In this document: positions 26,389 to 34,902 of the stretch, piece by piece
How positions within the stretch are numbered: position 1 is the first letter of the stretch
Layout of the letters: each line of letters opens with the position of its first letter
The notes under the pieces: generated by a model
What the model saw: the letters and a program-made list of their open reading frames with translations, nothing else
The model's database searches: none
What the model was told of the DNA's origin: nothing
Assembly: GCA_034661035.1 (NCBI GenBank)
Contig: JAYEKM010000008.1
Coordinates: 11,677-75,676, forward strand
Reading direction: 5' to 3'
DNA: 64,000 nt
From: Patescibacteria group bacterium
GTDB lineage: Bacteria > Patescibacteriota > Minisyncoccia > Phycocordibacterales > UBA12079
Made by a program: the position numbers and the translations under genes

Positions 26389-26431
26389 AAAAGTCTATAA
26401 AGGCCAACGTCTATAAAGTCTTTATAAAACC
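26389..26431. repeat. IVS-like repeat arm (left), overlaps the 3' end of the four-helix-bundle gene
   Basis: aaaaGTCTATAAAGgccaacGTCTATAAAGTCtttataaaacc; supplies codons IKTL and the TAG stop. Confidence 0.6.
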
Positions 26432-26755
26432 TGATAATAATTTCGATATTTCAATCGATAAACTAAAACATTTTTCAAACTGTTCTTTAGATAAATACTT
26501 TAGCTCTAAAGCTAAATAAAGCATCGATCTTACCTCTCCACAGGAACCTTTTGCTATAAATAAAAAATGCTTAAACTCTCTATCCCCCTTCCTCTCAAAT
26601 CCTTCTGCAATATTGTTCATTACTGAAACAGAAGCTCTCTGAATCTGGTCTCTAAAGCTATAGTCCTTAGAATCTGAAAAACTTTTGTAGATACTGATCG
26701 TTAGGGTTCTTGCTTTCTGCCATGATATCATATCTTCAAATTTTTCAATTTTCAT
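26411..26755 (-). CDS. four-helix-bundle protein (23S rRNA intervening-sequence protein family)
   Basis: MKIEKFEDMISWQKARTL..NNIAEGFERKGDREFKHFLFIAKGSCGEVRSMLYLALEL pattern; start trimmed to Met26 of the track ORF. Confidence 0.75.
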   Translation of the reverse strand: MKIEKFEDMISWQKARTLTISIYKSFSDSKDYSFRDQIQRASVSVMNNIAEGFERKGDREFKHFLFIAKGSCGEVRSMLYLALELKYLSKEQFEKCFSLSIEISKLLSGFIKTL

Positions 26756-26800
26756 ACTTTTTACTTTATAGACTTTATGAACTTTCGACTGTAACATCCA
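26756..26800. repeat. IVS-like repeat arm (right), inverted relative to 26389
   Basis: tactttttACTTTATAGACTTTATGAACTTTCGACtgtaac. Confidence 0.6.
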
Positions 26801-27227
26801 TTTTATCAAGTTTACCTTTTTCTGCAACAAAAGACTTATCCTTCCTCAATTTTAAAAGAATGAAATAAGCCAGCAACCAACCCAACATATCCATTAAAAT
26901 ATCCAGACTAGTGTCTAAGTTAAAGTTAGATTGATAAATTGAAGCCTTTGCTAAATATTCAAAAATTTCCCACAAAATACCTACTGTTATTACAAAAAAT
27001 AAGGATGTATAGAATATAGAAAGTTTTTCTTTAATTCTTCTAAAATATTTCGATAGAAAAAAAATATAATAAGAAAGCAAAGCCACCCAAAAACCACCAA
27101 GAAAGTGCATAATTATGTCAAACCACCAAAATTTCCAATATAGGAAAAAGTGGCTAGCAAGAATATTTAAAATAAAGATTATATAAATAAAAACAACCAG
27201 AAAAATTGAAAAAGTTTTTTTGCTCAT
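26775..27227 (-). CDS. hypothetical small membrane protein (about 150 aa, 4 TM)
   Basis: Start trimmed to MSKKTFSIFLVV; the conserved 5' module sits directly upstream. Confidence 0.5.
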   Translation of the reverse strand: MSKKTFSIFLVVFIYIIFILNILASHFFLYWKFWWFDIIMHFLGGFWVALLSYYIFFLSKYFRRIKEKLSIFYTSLFFVITVGILWEIFEYLAKASIYQSNFNLDTSLDILMDMLGWLLAYFILLKLRKDKSFVAEKGKLDKMDVTVESS

Positions 27228-27252
27228 ATTTACCCTGTTAAATAAGATTTGA
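27228..27252 (-). promoter_or_regulatory. conserved 5' UTR/promoter module abutting the start codon of the membrane gene
   Basis: Minus strand reads TCAAATCTTATTTAACAGGGTAAAT-ATG. Confidence 0.5.
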
Positions 27253-27433
27253 TTCTTTTTTTTAATAAGTACCTCTTCATAATGTGTTTTTAAATTACTG
27301 AACAAACTTTCCTTTTACCGCAACCATCAAATCTTAACTTTAAATTTTTTATATAATATAATTTATATAAAACTTTTTATCCTTAGCTGATTATAGCATA
27401 TATACATAGAACATTTTCCGCAAGATTTAAAGT

Positions 27434-27450
27434 TATTTAATAGGGTGAAT
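27434..27450 (+). promoter_or_regulatory. copy of the TTATTTAATAGGGTGAAT motif (plus orientation)
   Basis: About 205 bp from the inverted copy at 27228; second divergent pair. Confidence 0.4.
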
Positions 27451-27472
27451 TATATCACACGGTCAAATAGAA

Positions 27473-27503
27473 ATAAAAAAAAGACCTTTCCGAGGAAAGG
27501 TCC
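27473..27503 (-). terminator. hairpin with T-run on the minus strand (terminator of an unannotated minus-strand transcript?)
   Basis: aaaaaaaa-GACCTTTCC-GAG-GGAAAGGTC, with a GC-rich stretch gagtgggagtctgcggtggcgtggccg to its right. Confidence 0.4.
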
Positions 27504-27714
27504 TAAGGAGAAAAAGAGTGGGAGTCTGCGGTGGCGTGGCCGATGATGTGAAATAACGTAAACTTCTCAAAACTTTTTCGTCCTAAAAATGAACAACTTG
27601 TCTACTATTAGTATAGCAAGGAAACTTAAAAATGCAAGGAAAATTGGATTTAATCTTTAAAAAAGTGGCAAAAATATAAAAAATCAGCTAAGATTAAGAT
27701 TGTTAAATTAAATT

Positions 27715-28542
27715 ATGAACAACCTAAGAACAACAGTAATAAAACCTAAAAAGACTATCAGTTGGGATGACCTTAGAGAAATTTGGAAATATAAAGAATT
27801 ACTTTATTTTTTCACTTGGCGAGACATTAAGGTGAGATATAAGCAAACTGCCATCGGTATTCTCTGGGCCCTTTTCCAACCTTTTATGACAATGGTAGTT
27901 TTTAGTATTTTCTTTGGTGGATTAGCTAAAATGCCTTCCGATGGTATTCCTTATCCAATTTTTGTTTACACCGGACTATTGCTTTGGCAATTCTTTTCAG
28001 GAGCTTTATCAGACACGAGTAATTGTTTAATCAACAATAAAAGTGTCATCACAAAGGTTTACTTCCCACGTCTGCTACTACCGATTTCATCAACCATTAC
28101 AAAATTTGTTGATTTTGGGATAGCTTCTACAATTTTGGTAGGAATGATGATTTACTATCAATACATACCAAACTTAATAGGATTATTAATTTTACCTTTA
28201 CTTCTTCTTATTACTTTTATGGCGTCAGTGGGAGGAGGTTTATTTCTAGCCTCCATTAATGTTAAATATCGTGATGTCCGTTACGCTCTACCTTTTTTCA
28301 TATCAATGATGATGTTCGTCACTCCTGTAATTTATCCAGCTAGTATTGCCGGTAAATACTCTTGGATTTTAGCGCTAAACCCCATGACAGGTGTAATTAA
28401 AGCAGCTAGGGCAGCTATTTTAGGCAATGCCCCCATTAACTGGACCTTATTACTCATCTCTGGAGTAACTTGTCTCATAATACTAATTATTGGTTTTATT
28501 TTCTTCAAAAAAACCGAGAGATACTTCGCAGATATAGTATAA
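27715..28542 (+). CDS. ABC-2 type polysaccharide/teichoic-acid exporter permease (Wzm/TagG-like)
   Basis: 6-TM ABC-2 permease; the N-terminal WRDIKVRYKQTAIGILWALFQP motif is typical of Wzm/KpsM/TagG. Confidence 0.75.
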   Translation: MNNLRTTVIKPKKTISWDDLREIWKYKELLYFFTWRDIKVRYKQTAIGILWALFQPFMTMVVFSIFFGGLAKMPSDGIPYPIFVYTGLLLWQFFSGALSDTSNCLINNKSVITKVYFPRLLLPISSTITKFVDFGIASTILVGMMIYYQYIPNLIGLLILPLLLLITFMASVGGGLFLASINVKYRDVRYALPFFISMMMFVTPVIYPASIAGKYSWILALNPMTGVIKAARAAILGNAPINWTLLLISGVTCLIILIIGFIFFKKTERYFADIV

Positions 28543-28544
28543 AA

Positions 28545-28660
28545 GAGTAAAAAGTCTATAAAGTCCTTAAAGTAGAAAGTAAAAAAAATGGGAAATTGAC
28601 TTCGCCAATTTCCAATTTTTTTACTTTATAGACTTTCGACTTTATAAACTTTCGGCTCTT
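28545..28660. repeat. ORF-less IVS-like palindromic element with a central bidirectional terminator
   Basis: Arms aaaaGTCTATAAAGTCCTTAAAGTAGAAAGT / ACTTTATAGACTTTCGACTTTATAAACTTTCGG; centre A8-GGAAATTG-ACTTCGC-CAATTTCC-T7. Confidence 0.65.
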
Positions 28661-31600
28661 CTTTATAAGCTCTTAAATATAAAACCGGTATCATTACTAG
28701 TGTAACCACAGTCGCAAAAGACAAACCAAAGATAATTGAAAAAGCTAGAGGACCCCAAACAGAGGAAGCAAGAATTAGAGGAGTCATTCCTATAACTGTG
28801 GTTAAAGTGGTAAGGAGCACTGGCCTCAAACGAAGAACTGAAGATTCTATAACGATATCCTTAAGAGGAAGTTCTCTTTTCTCTTTTCTCATGGAGTTCA
28901 TTGTGTCAATTAAGATAATTGCATTATTGACAACAATTCCTGCCAGAGCTATCACACCGATAAAAGAAGGGAAAGAAAAAGTGCTCCCTATTATAGTTAA
29001 TCCAACCAAAACACCAATCAAAGACATCAAGACACCCGCCACTATAAAGAAAGTTTGTCTGAAAGAGTTAAATTGTAATATCAAAACAACAATAACCAAG
29101 ATTAGCCCAGCCACCAAAGCCATCAGCATTTCAGTAAAGGTCTTAGCAATATCTTCATTTTCACCTCCTGTTTTTAACAAAACACCCTCAGGAAGGAAAG
29201 TCTCGTCATCTTTTATAATGGATTGGAATTCTTTATTAATTTCAACAGCATTAGCTCCCTCTTTTAATTGAGATGAAGCGGTAGCAATCCGATCCCCTTC
29301 TTCATGGTTGATAGAAGCATTACTTTTTTGAATTGTCACATCCATCAACGAGCCTAAAAGAATTACTCCATTAGGGGTATTAATTTCCATCTGCCTAATA
29401 GAATCAACTGTAGTCCTTGAAGTTAAATTTGGATCAACATTATCTATATTAAGATTTAGTTTGACCAAAACATCAATATCTTCACCACCTGCTTTTATGG
29501 TGGTTGCGTCTACCCCATAAATAGCTGTCCTTAAAATTGAAGCAACTATTACTGGCGATAAATTACTTTCTGATAATTTAGACCTATCTATTTTCAAAAC
29601 AAATTCTGTAACATTATTTTTCATACTATTGGTTACATCGATTGTTCCAGGAATATTTTTCAAAATATCTTCGGCTTTAACAACAACTCTTTCCAAATCA
29701 TCCAAGTCAGCCCCGAAAAATTTTATTAAAACAGGAGCTCCTGAAGGAGGACCCGAACCAGGCTGAGCAACAGTCACTTTGGCTATTCTAATATCTGCTA
29801 ATTCAAACCTTAAATCTTCTATCAATTCTAGACTGTTTTTTTCTCTATCCTTCTTCAATAGAACAGTGATATTCCCTAACTTTTCGCCAGAACTACTACC
29901 AGAATTACTAAAAGCATTTGAGGAACCAACTGACGTAGCAAATGATTCAATATAAGATTGGTTATATAAAATTTCTTCCACTGCTCTGACAGCCAAATCA
30001 GTTTCTTCTAGAACCGTTCCCTGCAACATTTCTACATCAACATAAATAAACTTAGAATCTTCTGGGGGGAACAAGGAGGTTTTAAGCAAGCCAGTAATTG
30101 GTAAAGAGAAAGAAAGAATTAAAGCAATCACCATCGACCACAAAAATCTTTTTTGAAACTTCTTACTACCTAAAATATATTCTAATTTCTTTTTATACCA
30201 ACCTCTTAATAATTCATTATATTTCTTTTGTTTCTGAAATAATTTACTATTACTATTTCCGTTCCTTTTTAAGACTACTAAAGCAATTAAAGGAACAATA
30301 CCTAAAGCTACAAAAAGTGAAGCAAATAAAACAAAAATTAATGTATAGGGAATTCCCTTAACAAATTCGCCCATAATGCCAGACAAAAAGAATAAAGGAA
30401 AAAAGGCTGCCACTGTAGTCAACGTTCCAGAAGTTAAGGGTATATAAAATTCTTTAATAGTTTTAATAGCTGATTCGTTACCACTCAGTCCTTGTTTAAT
30501 TTTGACGTGCATAGCTTCAGTTACCACAATAGCGGAATCCACCAAAATTCCTACTGCCAAAATCAGAGCAAATAAAGAAATAAAATTAAGAGTGTTACCT
30601 GTAAAATACAAACCTGTAAAAGAAACCAAGAACGAAAGAGGGACTGCTAAACCAGCAATTAAAGATTCTCTCCAACCAATAGCAAAAAATAAGATTAGTG
30701 TAACTAAGAAAACAGTAGCTAATCCCGACATAGATAAATTTCTTAAGTCATCGTTTAAATACTCGGCCATATCGATTGAAATCAATACCTCAGCCCCTTC
30801 CAAAATACCACCTTCCTGCAGTCTAGCTAATTCTTTCTTAACACTTTTTACAATAGTACTGATATCACTCCCCCTCTTCTTAAAGATAGACAATGAAACA
30901 GCTTGCTGAGAAGGTTGCCCATTGACACTAACTCTAGAAAATGAAGATTTTTGACTAACTCCGTCAGAGATAAAAGCCAGATCTCTAACATAAATAATCT
31001 CCCCCCCGATACTTGAAATAGGGATATCTTTAATCTCATTTGAATCAACAAGATCCCCTTTAAATTTTAAAGGATACTTGATTCCTTGTATCTCTATGTC
31101 TCCTATTGGTAAAGAAGAATTAGCTTTAGAGATTGCATTAACAATATCTGTAATTCCTAAACCAAATTTAGAAAGAGCTGATTGGTTTACAACCACCTGA
31201 ACTTCCCTGTCTGAAATTCCACTAATACCTATTTTAGAAACACCATTAACAGACTTTAATTCATCTTTGACGTCTTCGGATAATTTAATAAATTCAGTTA
31301 CCGGTAAATCACTGGAAATAGATAGCATCAGAATAGGTTGATCGGCAAAATTTATATCTGAAATAACTGGGTCTTTAGCTTCACTAGGTAATTCTGATTT
31401 AACTTTATCAACTTCATCTTTTACTTTTTGAATAGATTCCTGGATATCAGCGTCAGCATCAAATTCAACTACTACTGAAGAAAACCCCTCTCCTGAGGTA
31501 GAGGTAATCTTATTTAATGTATCCAAATTGTTAATTAATTGATCTTCTATTTTATCGGTTATCAATCTTTCTGTGTCTAAAGCTGAGGACCCTGGTAAAA

Positions 31601-31751
31601 ATGTAGAAACAATAGCTAAAGGAATTTGTATTTCAGGAGAAGATTCTTTTGTGATATTAACTAAAGAAAAAATCCCTGCCATAATTAAGGAAGAAACTAA
31701 CAATATAGTAAAACTTTTTTTCTTTATAAAAAATATCCAGAAATTTTGCAT
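28626..31751 (-). CDS. RND efflux transporter permease (AcrB/HAE-like)
   Basis: 1041 aa, 12-TM RND architecture, AcrB-like N-terminal pattern. The last codons KVYKVESL-stop lie in the repeat arm. Confidence 0.8.
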   Translation of the reverse strand: MQNFWIFFIKKKSFTILLVSSLIMAGIFSLVNITKESSPEIQIPLAIVSTFLPGSSALDTERLITDKIEDQLINNLDTLNKITSTSGEGFSSVVVEFDADADIQESIQKVKDEVDKVKSELPSEAKDPVISDINFADQPILMLSISSDLPVTEFIKLSEDVKDELKSVNGVSKIGISGISDREVQVVVNQSALSKFGLGITDIVNAISKANSSLPIGDIEIQGIKYPLKFKGDLVDSNEIKDIPISSIGGEIIYVRDLAFISDGVSQKSSFSRVSVNGQPSQQAVSLSIFKKRGSDISTIVKSVKKELARLQEGGILEGAEVLISIDMAEYLNDDLRNLSMSGLATVFLVTLILFFAIGWRESLIAGLAVPLSFLVSFTGLYFTGNTLNFISLFALILAVGILVDSAIVVTEAMHVKIKQGLSGNESAIKTIKEFYIPLTSGTLTTVAAFFPLFFLSGIMGEFVKGIPYTLIFVLFASLFVALGIVPLIALVVLKRNGNSNSKLFQKQKKYNELLRGWYKKKLEYILGSKKFQKRFLWSMVIALILSFSLPITGLLKTSLFPPEDSKFIYVDVEMLQGTVLEETDLAVRAVEEILYNQSYIESFATSVGSSNAFSNSGSSSGEKLGNITVLLKKDREKNSLELIEDLRFELADIRIAKVTVAQPGSGPPSGAPVLIKFFGADLDDLERVVVKAEDILKNIPGTIDVTNSMKNNVTEFVLKIDRSKLSESNLSPVIVASILRTAIYGVDATTIKAGGEDIDVLVKLNLNIDNVDPNLTSRTTVDSIRQMEINTPNGVILLGSLMDVTIQKSNASINHEEGDRIATASSQLKEGANAVEINKEFQSIIKDDETFLPEGVLLKTGGENEDIAKTFTEMLMALVAGLILVIVVLILQFNSFRQTFFIVAGVLMSLIGVLVGLTIIGSTFSFPSFIGVIALAGIVVNNAIILIDTMNSMRKEKRELPLKDIVIESSVLRLRPVLLTTLTTVIGMTPLILASSVWGPLAFSIIFGLSFATVVTLVMIPVLYLRAYKEEPKVYKVESL

Positions 31752-31860
31752 AATAATTGTTTAGTCTAAAGTCCTTAATATCCATAAAGCCGAAAGTGAA
31801 AAATTTGCTTTGCAAATTTTTCTTACCTTATGGGCTTTTGACTTCATAGACTTTCGACTA
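31752..31860. repeat. second ORF-less IVS-like palindromic element between the RND and MFP genes
   Basis: Arms tAGTCTAAAGTCCTTAATATCCATAAAGCCGAAAGTG / GACTTCATAGACTTTCGACT; centre AAATTTGC-TTT-GCAAATTT. Confidence 0.6.
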
Positions 31861-33460
31861 TTTGTCCTTCTTTCAATCCTCTCGCATCTATAACAATTTC
31901 CATATCAGCTGTGACACCTTCTTTTATAATTATTTTTTCTCCTAAGATAGGACCTAAAATTACAGGATGAGAAATCAATTTATTTCCTTCACCCACTGTA
32001 AAAACGGTTGTGTCAGCAGATCCAATCTTTAGAGCTGAAATCGGAACAGAAAGTTCTGTTAATTCTTCTTCAACTTCTTGAAAAATTCTTTCAACCAACA
32101 AAGAAACTGACTGTCCATTAGTCAAAACCATATCTGAATCTTTTAAGGTAACCTCCACTTTTATCTTTTTTGTTTTGTTGTCTATGGCAGGAGCGATATT
32201 TTTAACTTCTCCTTGCCATTTAGAACCAACTAAAACCTTAGAACCAACTTCAACATCATCTCTATCTTCTTCTGTAATATAGGTAACTACCTCTAAAGAT
32301 TTATTATTGGCAATACTTACTACAGGAGTAAAAGCTGAAACAAAATCACCCTTTTCTAAATTAAGGATATTAATAGTTCCACTAATAGAGGCTCTAATAA
32401 TTGTTTTCTCTAAATTAGCGTAAGCTGATTGCAGACCTGCTTCAGCTTGTTTTAATTGAGCTTCTGCTGAGATAACGTCTTCTGATCTCCCCCCTGTTTG
32501 AGCCTGTTCATAATTCAACTCAGCAATTTCAAAGTTTGAGTAAGCCCCATTCAAACTATTCTTAGCTGTAGACAAAGCTGTTGCAGATGTGTTGATCACA
32601 GTTCTGGTTGTACTTATATTAGTTTTCCATGTAGTGATAGTTGTTTCTGATAAGTTTGAAGTCGGAGTTAGGATATTTACAGCCAAAGCTAATTTATCAA
32701 GAAAAACTCTAATGGAATTAATATTTGACTTTCTTTTATCCAATTCCCCTATTAAATCATCTTCTACATCAAATGTAGTTAGTGTATCTGACCACTCCTC
32801 TAACATTTCTTCTAAAAGCAATCTTCTCCACTCAAGATCAATTTCTAATTGAGAATCAACCACAGGGAAAATTACTTGTGGATCATCTCCTCGGGCGTCT
32901 CTAAACATAGCGTCCATTTTATTTCTAATAGAGTCATCAGCTTTAGCAAAAGAATCGTTCAAAGTGTTAACAACTGATATTTTGGTTTCAGTTAAAGTAT
33001 TTTGAACATTATCTAGAGTGGTTTTAAGAATAGAAGTCTGTTCATCTCTACCTCCTTTTTTTATCTTATCTAAACCTGCTTGAGCAACTTCAACACTGGC
33101 CTCTGCTTGAGTCACAGCTGATTTTTGTGTCCAATTGTCTAATTCACCAATAATTTGATTAGACCAAACAGTATCGCCTAATTTTTTGTAAACCCCAATT
33201 ACTTCTCCTGATATTTGAGAATAAATATTAGCAGAAGATTGTGACTGAACTTTTCCTAATAAAGGCAATGGATCTTTATTCAAAGAAAGATTCCTAACTG
33301 ACATAGTAGCAACTTGTCTAACATCAGAAGAATCAATATCTTGATCCCCATTTTCCTGAACAACCAATCTCTGATAAAAGATAATTGTTAAAATAGCTAA
33401 AATAGTGAAAACTATAATAACTTTATTACGACCTAACCCTTTATTTCTTAAATCTAACAT
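31844..33460 (-). CDS. RND efflux periplasmic adaptor (membrane fusion protein, HlyD/AcrA family)
   Basis: N-terminal TM, long coiled-coil, C-terminal beta-barrel-like region. Start trimmed to ATG 33460; the longer ORF would translate the GC palindrome. Confidence 0.65.
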   Translation of the reverse strand: MLDLRNKGLGRNKVIIVFTILAILTIIFYQRLVVQENGDQDIDSSDVRQVATMSVRNLSLNKDPLPLLGKVQSQSSANIYSQISGEVIGVYKKLGDTVWSNQIIGELDNWTQKSAVTQAEASVEVAQAGLDKIKKGGRDEQTSILKTTLDNVQNTLTETKISVVNTLNDSFAKADDSIRNKMDAMFRDARGDDPQVIFPVVDSQLEIDLEWRRLLLEEMLEEWSDTLTTFDVEDDLIGELDKRKSNINSIRVFLDKLALAVNILTPTSNLSETTITTWKTNISTTRTVINTSATALSTAKNSLNGAYSNFEIAELNYEQAQTGGRSEDVISAEAQLKQAEAGLQSAYANLEKTIIRASISGTINILNLEKGDFVSAFTPVVSIANNKSLEVVTYITEEDRDDVEVGSKVLVGSKWQGEVKNIAPAIDNKTKKIKVEVTLKDSDMVLTNGQSVSLLVERIFQEVEEELTELSVPISALKIGSADTTVFTVGEGNKLISHPVILGPILGEKIIIKEGVTADMEIVIDARGLKEGQIVESL

Positions 33461-33475
33461 ATTTTTCTTGTTCGC

Positions 33476-33495
33476 CCTGCCTGCCGGCAGGCAGG
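33476..33495. promoter_or_regulatory. 20-bp perfect GC-rich palindrome 16 nt upstream of the MFP start (candidate operator or 5' hairpin)
   Basis: CCTGCCTGCCGGCAGGCAGG with outer TTCGCCC/GGGCGAA; about 80% GC in a roughly 30% GC genome. Confidence 0.45.
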
Positions 33496-33608
33496 CTTGG
33501 GCGAAATTATATCTACCTTGCAAAAATTACTGGGGTATTATACCAAAAATAAGTGAAAAAGATAGATTTTCTCCTAAAAAATGGTAAAATAACACTTACA
33601 TAAACAAT

Positions 33609-34898
33609 ATGTCTGATCCAAGAGAACCGATGATTTCGGTTAAAAACATCTCTAAAAAGTATAAAATAACCCATCAACAGGGTGGTTATATTGCTATGCG
33701 AGATGTCATGGCAAATATAGCTAAAAAACCCTTTTCTTTCTTAAAAAGAAAGGTTAATAAGATTACAGGAAGAACAACCAGAGAAGACTTTTGGGCCTTA
33801 GAAGACATTAATTTTGATATTTTTAAAGGGGAAGCTGTAGGGATTATTGGTGCAAACGGAGCAGGCAAATCTACCCTTTTAAAAATCTTAACGGGTATTA
33901 CCCCACCCACCACAGGAGAAATAAAGATGTACGGAAAAGTTGCCTCTCTCCTAGAAGTTGGAACGGGATTCCATGGAGAGCTTACAGGAAGAGAAAATAT
34001 TTTTTTAAACGGGGCCATCCTTGGAATGACCAAGGAAGAGATAGCTGAAAAATTTGATGCTATTGTAAGATTTTCTGGTGTTAAAAAATTCATTGATACA
34101 CCTGTTAAAAGATATTCGTCAGGAATGTTAGTCCGTCTAGGTTTCTCGGTCGCAGCTCATATGGAGCCAGATATTCTTTTAGTTGATGAAGTCCTCGCTG
34201 TCGGTGATGCGGAGTTTCAAAAGAAATGCCTTGGTAAGATGGACGAGGTCACCAAAGAAGGAGGTCGTACTATTCTCTTTGTCAGCCATAATATGGCAGC
34301 TATCCAAAATCTCTGCAAAAGGTGTATTCTAATTGAAGAAGGTAAAATTAAAATGATTGGTAAGACAAAAGATGTTATTGATAGATATTTAAAATCTGAA
34401 ATACAAGACAATCCTCAAATTAAGTTTAAACCTGATTTAAATAAAAAAGCTCAAATCTTAGGAATAAAAATGAGGAACGAGAAGAACGAAATAATCAATC
34501 AAATTAATTATCAGGAACATTTTGAAATTGAATTACTAACGGATATCAGAGTTAAAAATAAAACTTATTATATTATAATCATAATTTACAACTCTGTTGG
34601 AAATATAATATTAACAACCACTGATAGAGATTTAGAACAATCTTTTATCAGTCAAATAGACAAAGTTAATAAAGAAAATAAACATTTAATCAGATTTCCA
34701 AATAAATTACTAAAACCAGGACAATATTATATCTCAATAAATTTAACTAGTGATAATCAAGGCGCTATAGACAAGCATAGTTCAGTGCTAAGTTTTAATA
34801 TTATAGACACCATATCTAAAAGATCTAAAGATAATGGTTACCGAGATACTGCTATTGTTGCTCCAGAAATAAACTGGATTTCCAAGGTAGAAAAATAA
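33609..34898 (+). CDS. polysaccharide/teichoic-acid export ABC ATPase (Wzt/TagH/KpsT-like) with a C-terminal substrate-binding-type domain
   Basis: Walker A GANGAGKST, signature YSSGMLVRLGF, Walker B ILLVDE; about 180-aa C-terminal extension. Confidence 0.8.
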   Translation: MSDPREPMISVKNISKKYKITHQQGGYIAMRDVMANIAKKPFSFLKRKVNKITGRTTREDFWALEDINFDIFKGEAVGIIGANGAGKSTLLKILTGITPPTTGEIKMYGKVASLLEVGTGFHGELTGRENIFLNGAILGMTKEEIAEKFDAIVRFSGVKKFIDTPVKRYSSGMLVRLGFSVAAHMEPDILLVDEVLAVGDAEFQKKCLGKMDEVTKEGGRTILFVSHNMAAIQNLCKRCILIEEGKIKMIGKTKDVIDRYLKSEIQDNPQIKFKPDLNKKAQILGIKMRNEKNEIINQINYQEHFEIELLTDIRVKNKTYYIIIIIYNSVGNIILTTTDRDLEQSFISQIDKVNKENKHLIRFPNKLLKPGQYYISINLTSDNQGAIDKHSSVLSFNIIDTISKRSKDNGYRDTAIVAPEINWISKVEK

Positions 34899-34902
34899 AA
34901 TT

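Noticed and set aside
26389-31860. GTCTATAAAG-type repeats considered as a CRISPR array
   Set aside because: Copies are in inverted pairs, irregularly spaced (0.3-3 kb) and overlap gene ends. There are no regular repeat-spacer units and no cas genes.
33461-33523. Longer MFP start (MQGRYNFAQACLPAGRANKKN..)
   Set aside because: These residues are the translation of the GC palindrome; the downstream ATG at 33460 is preferred.
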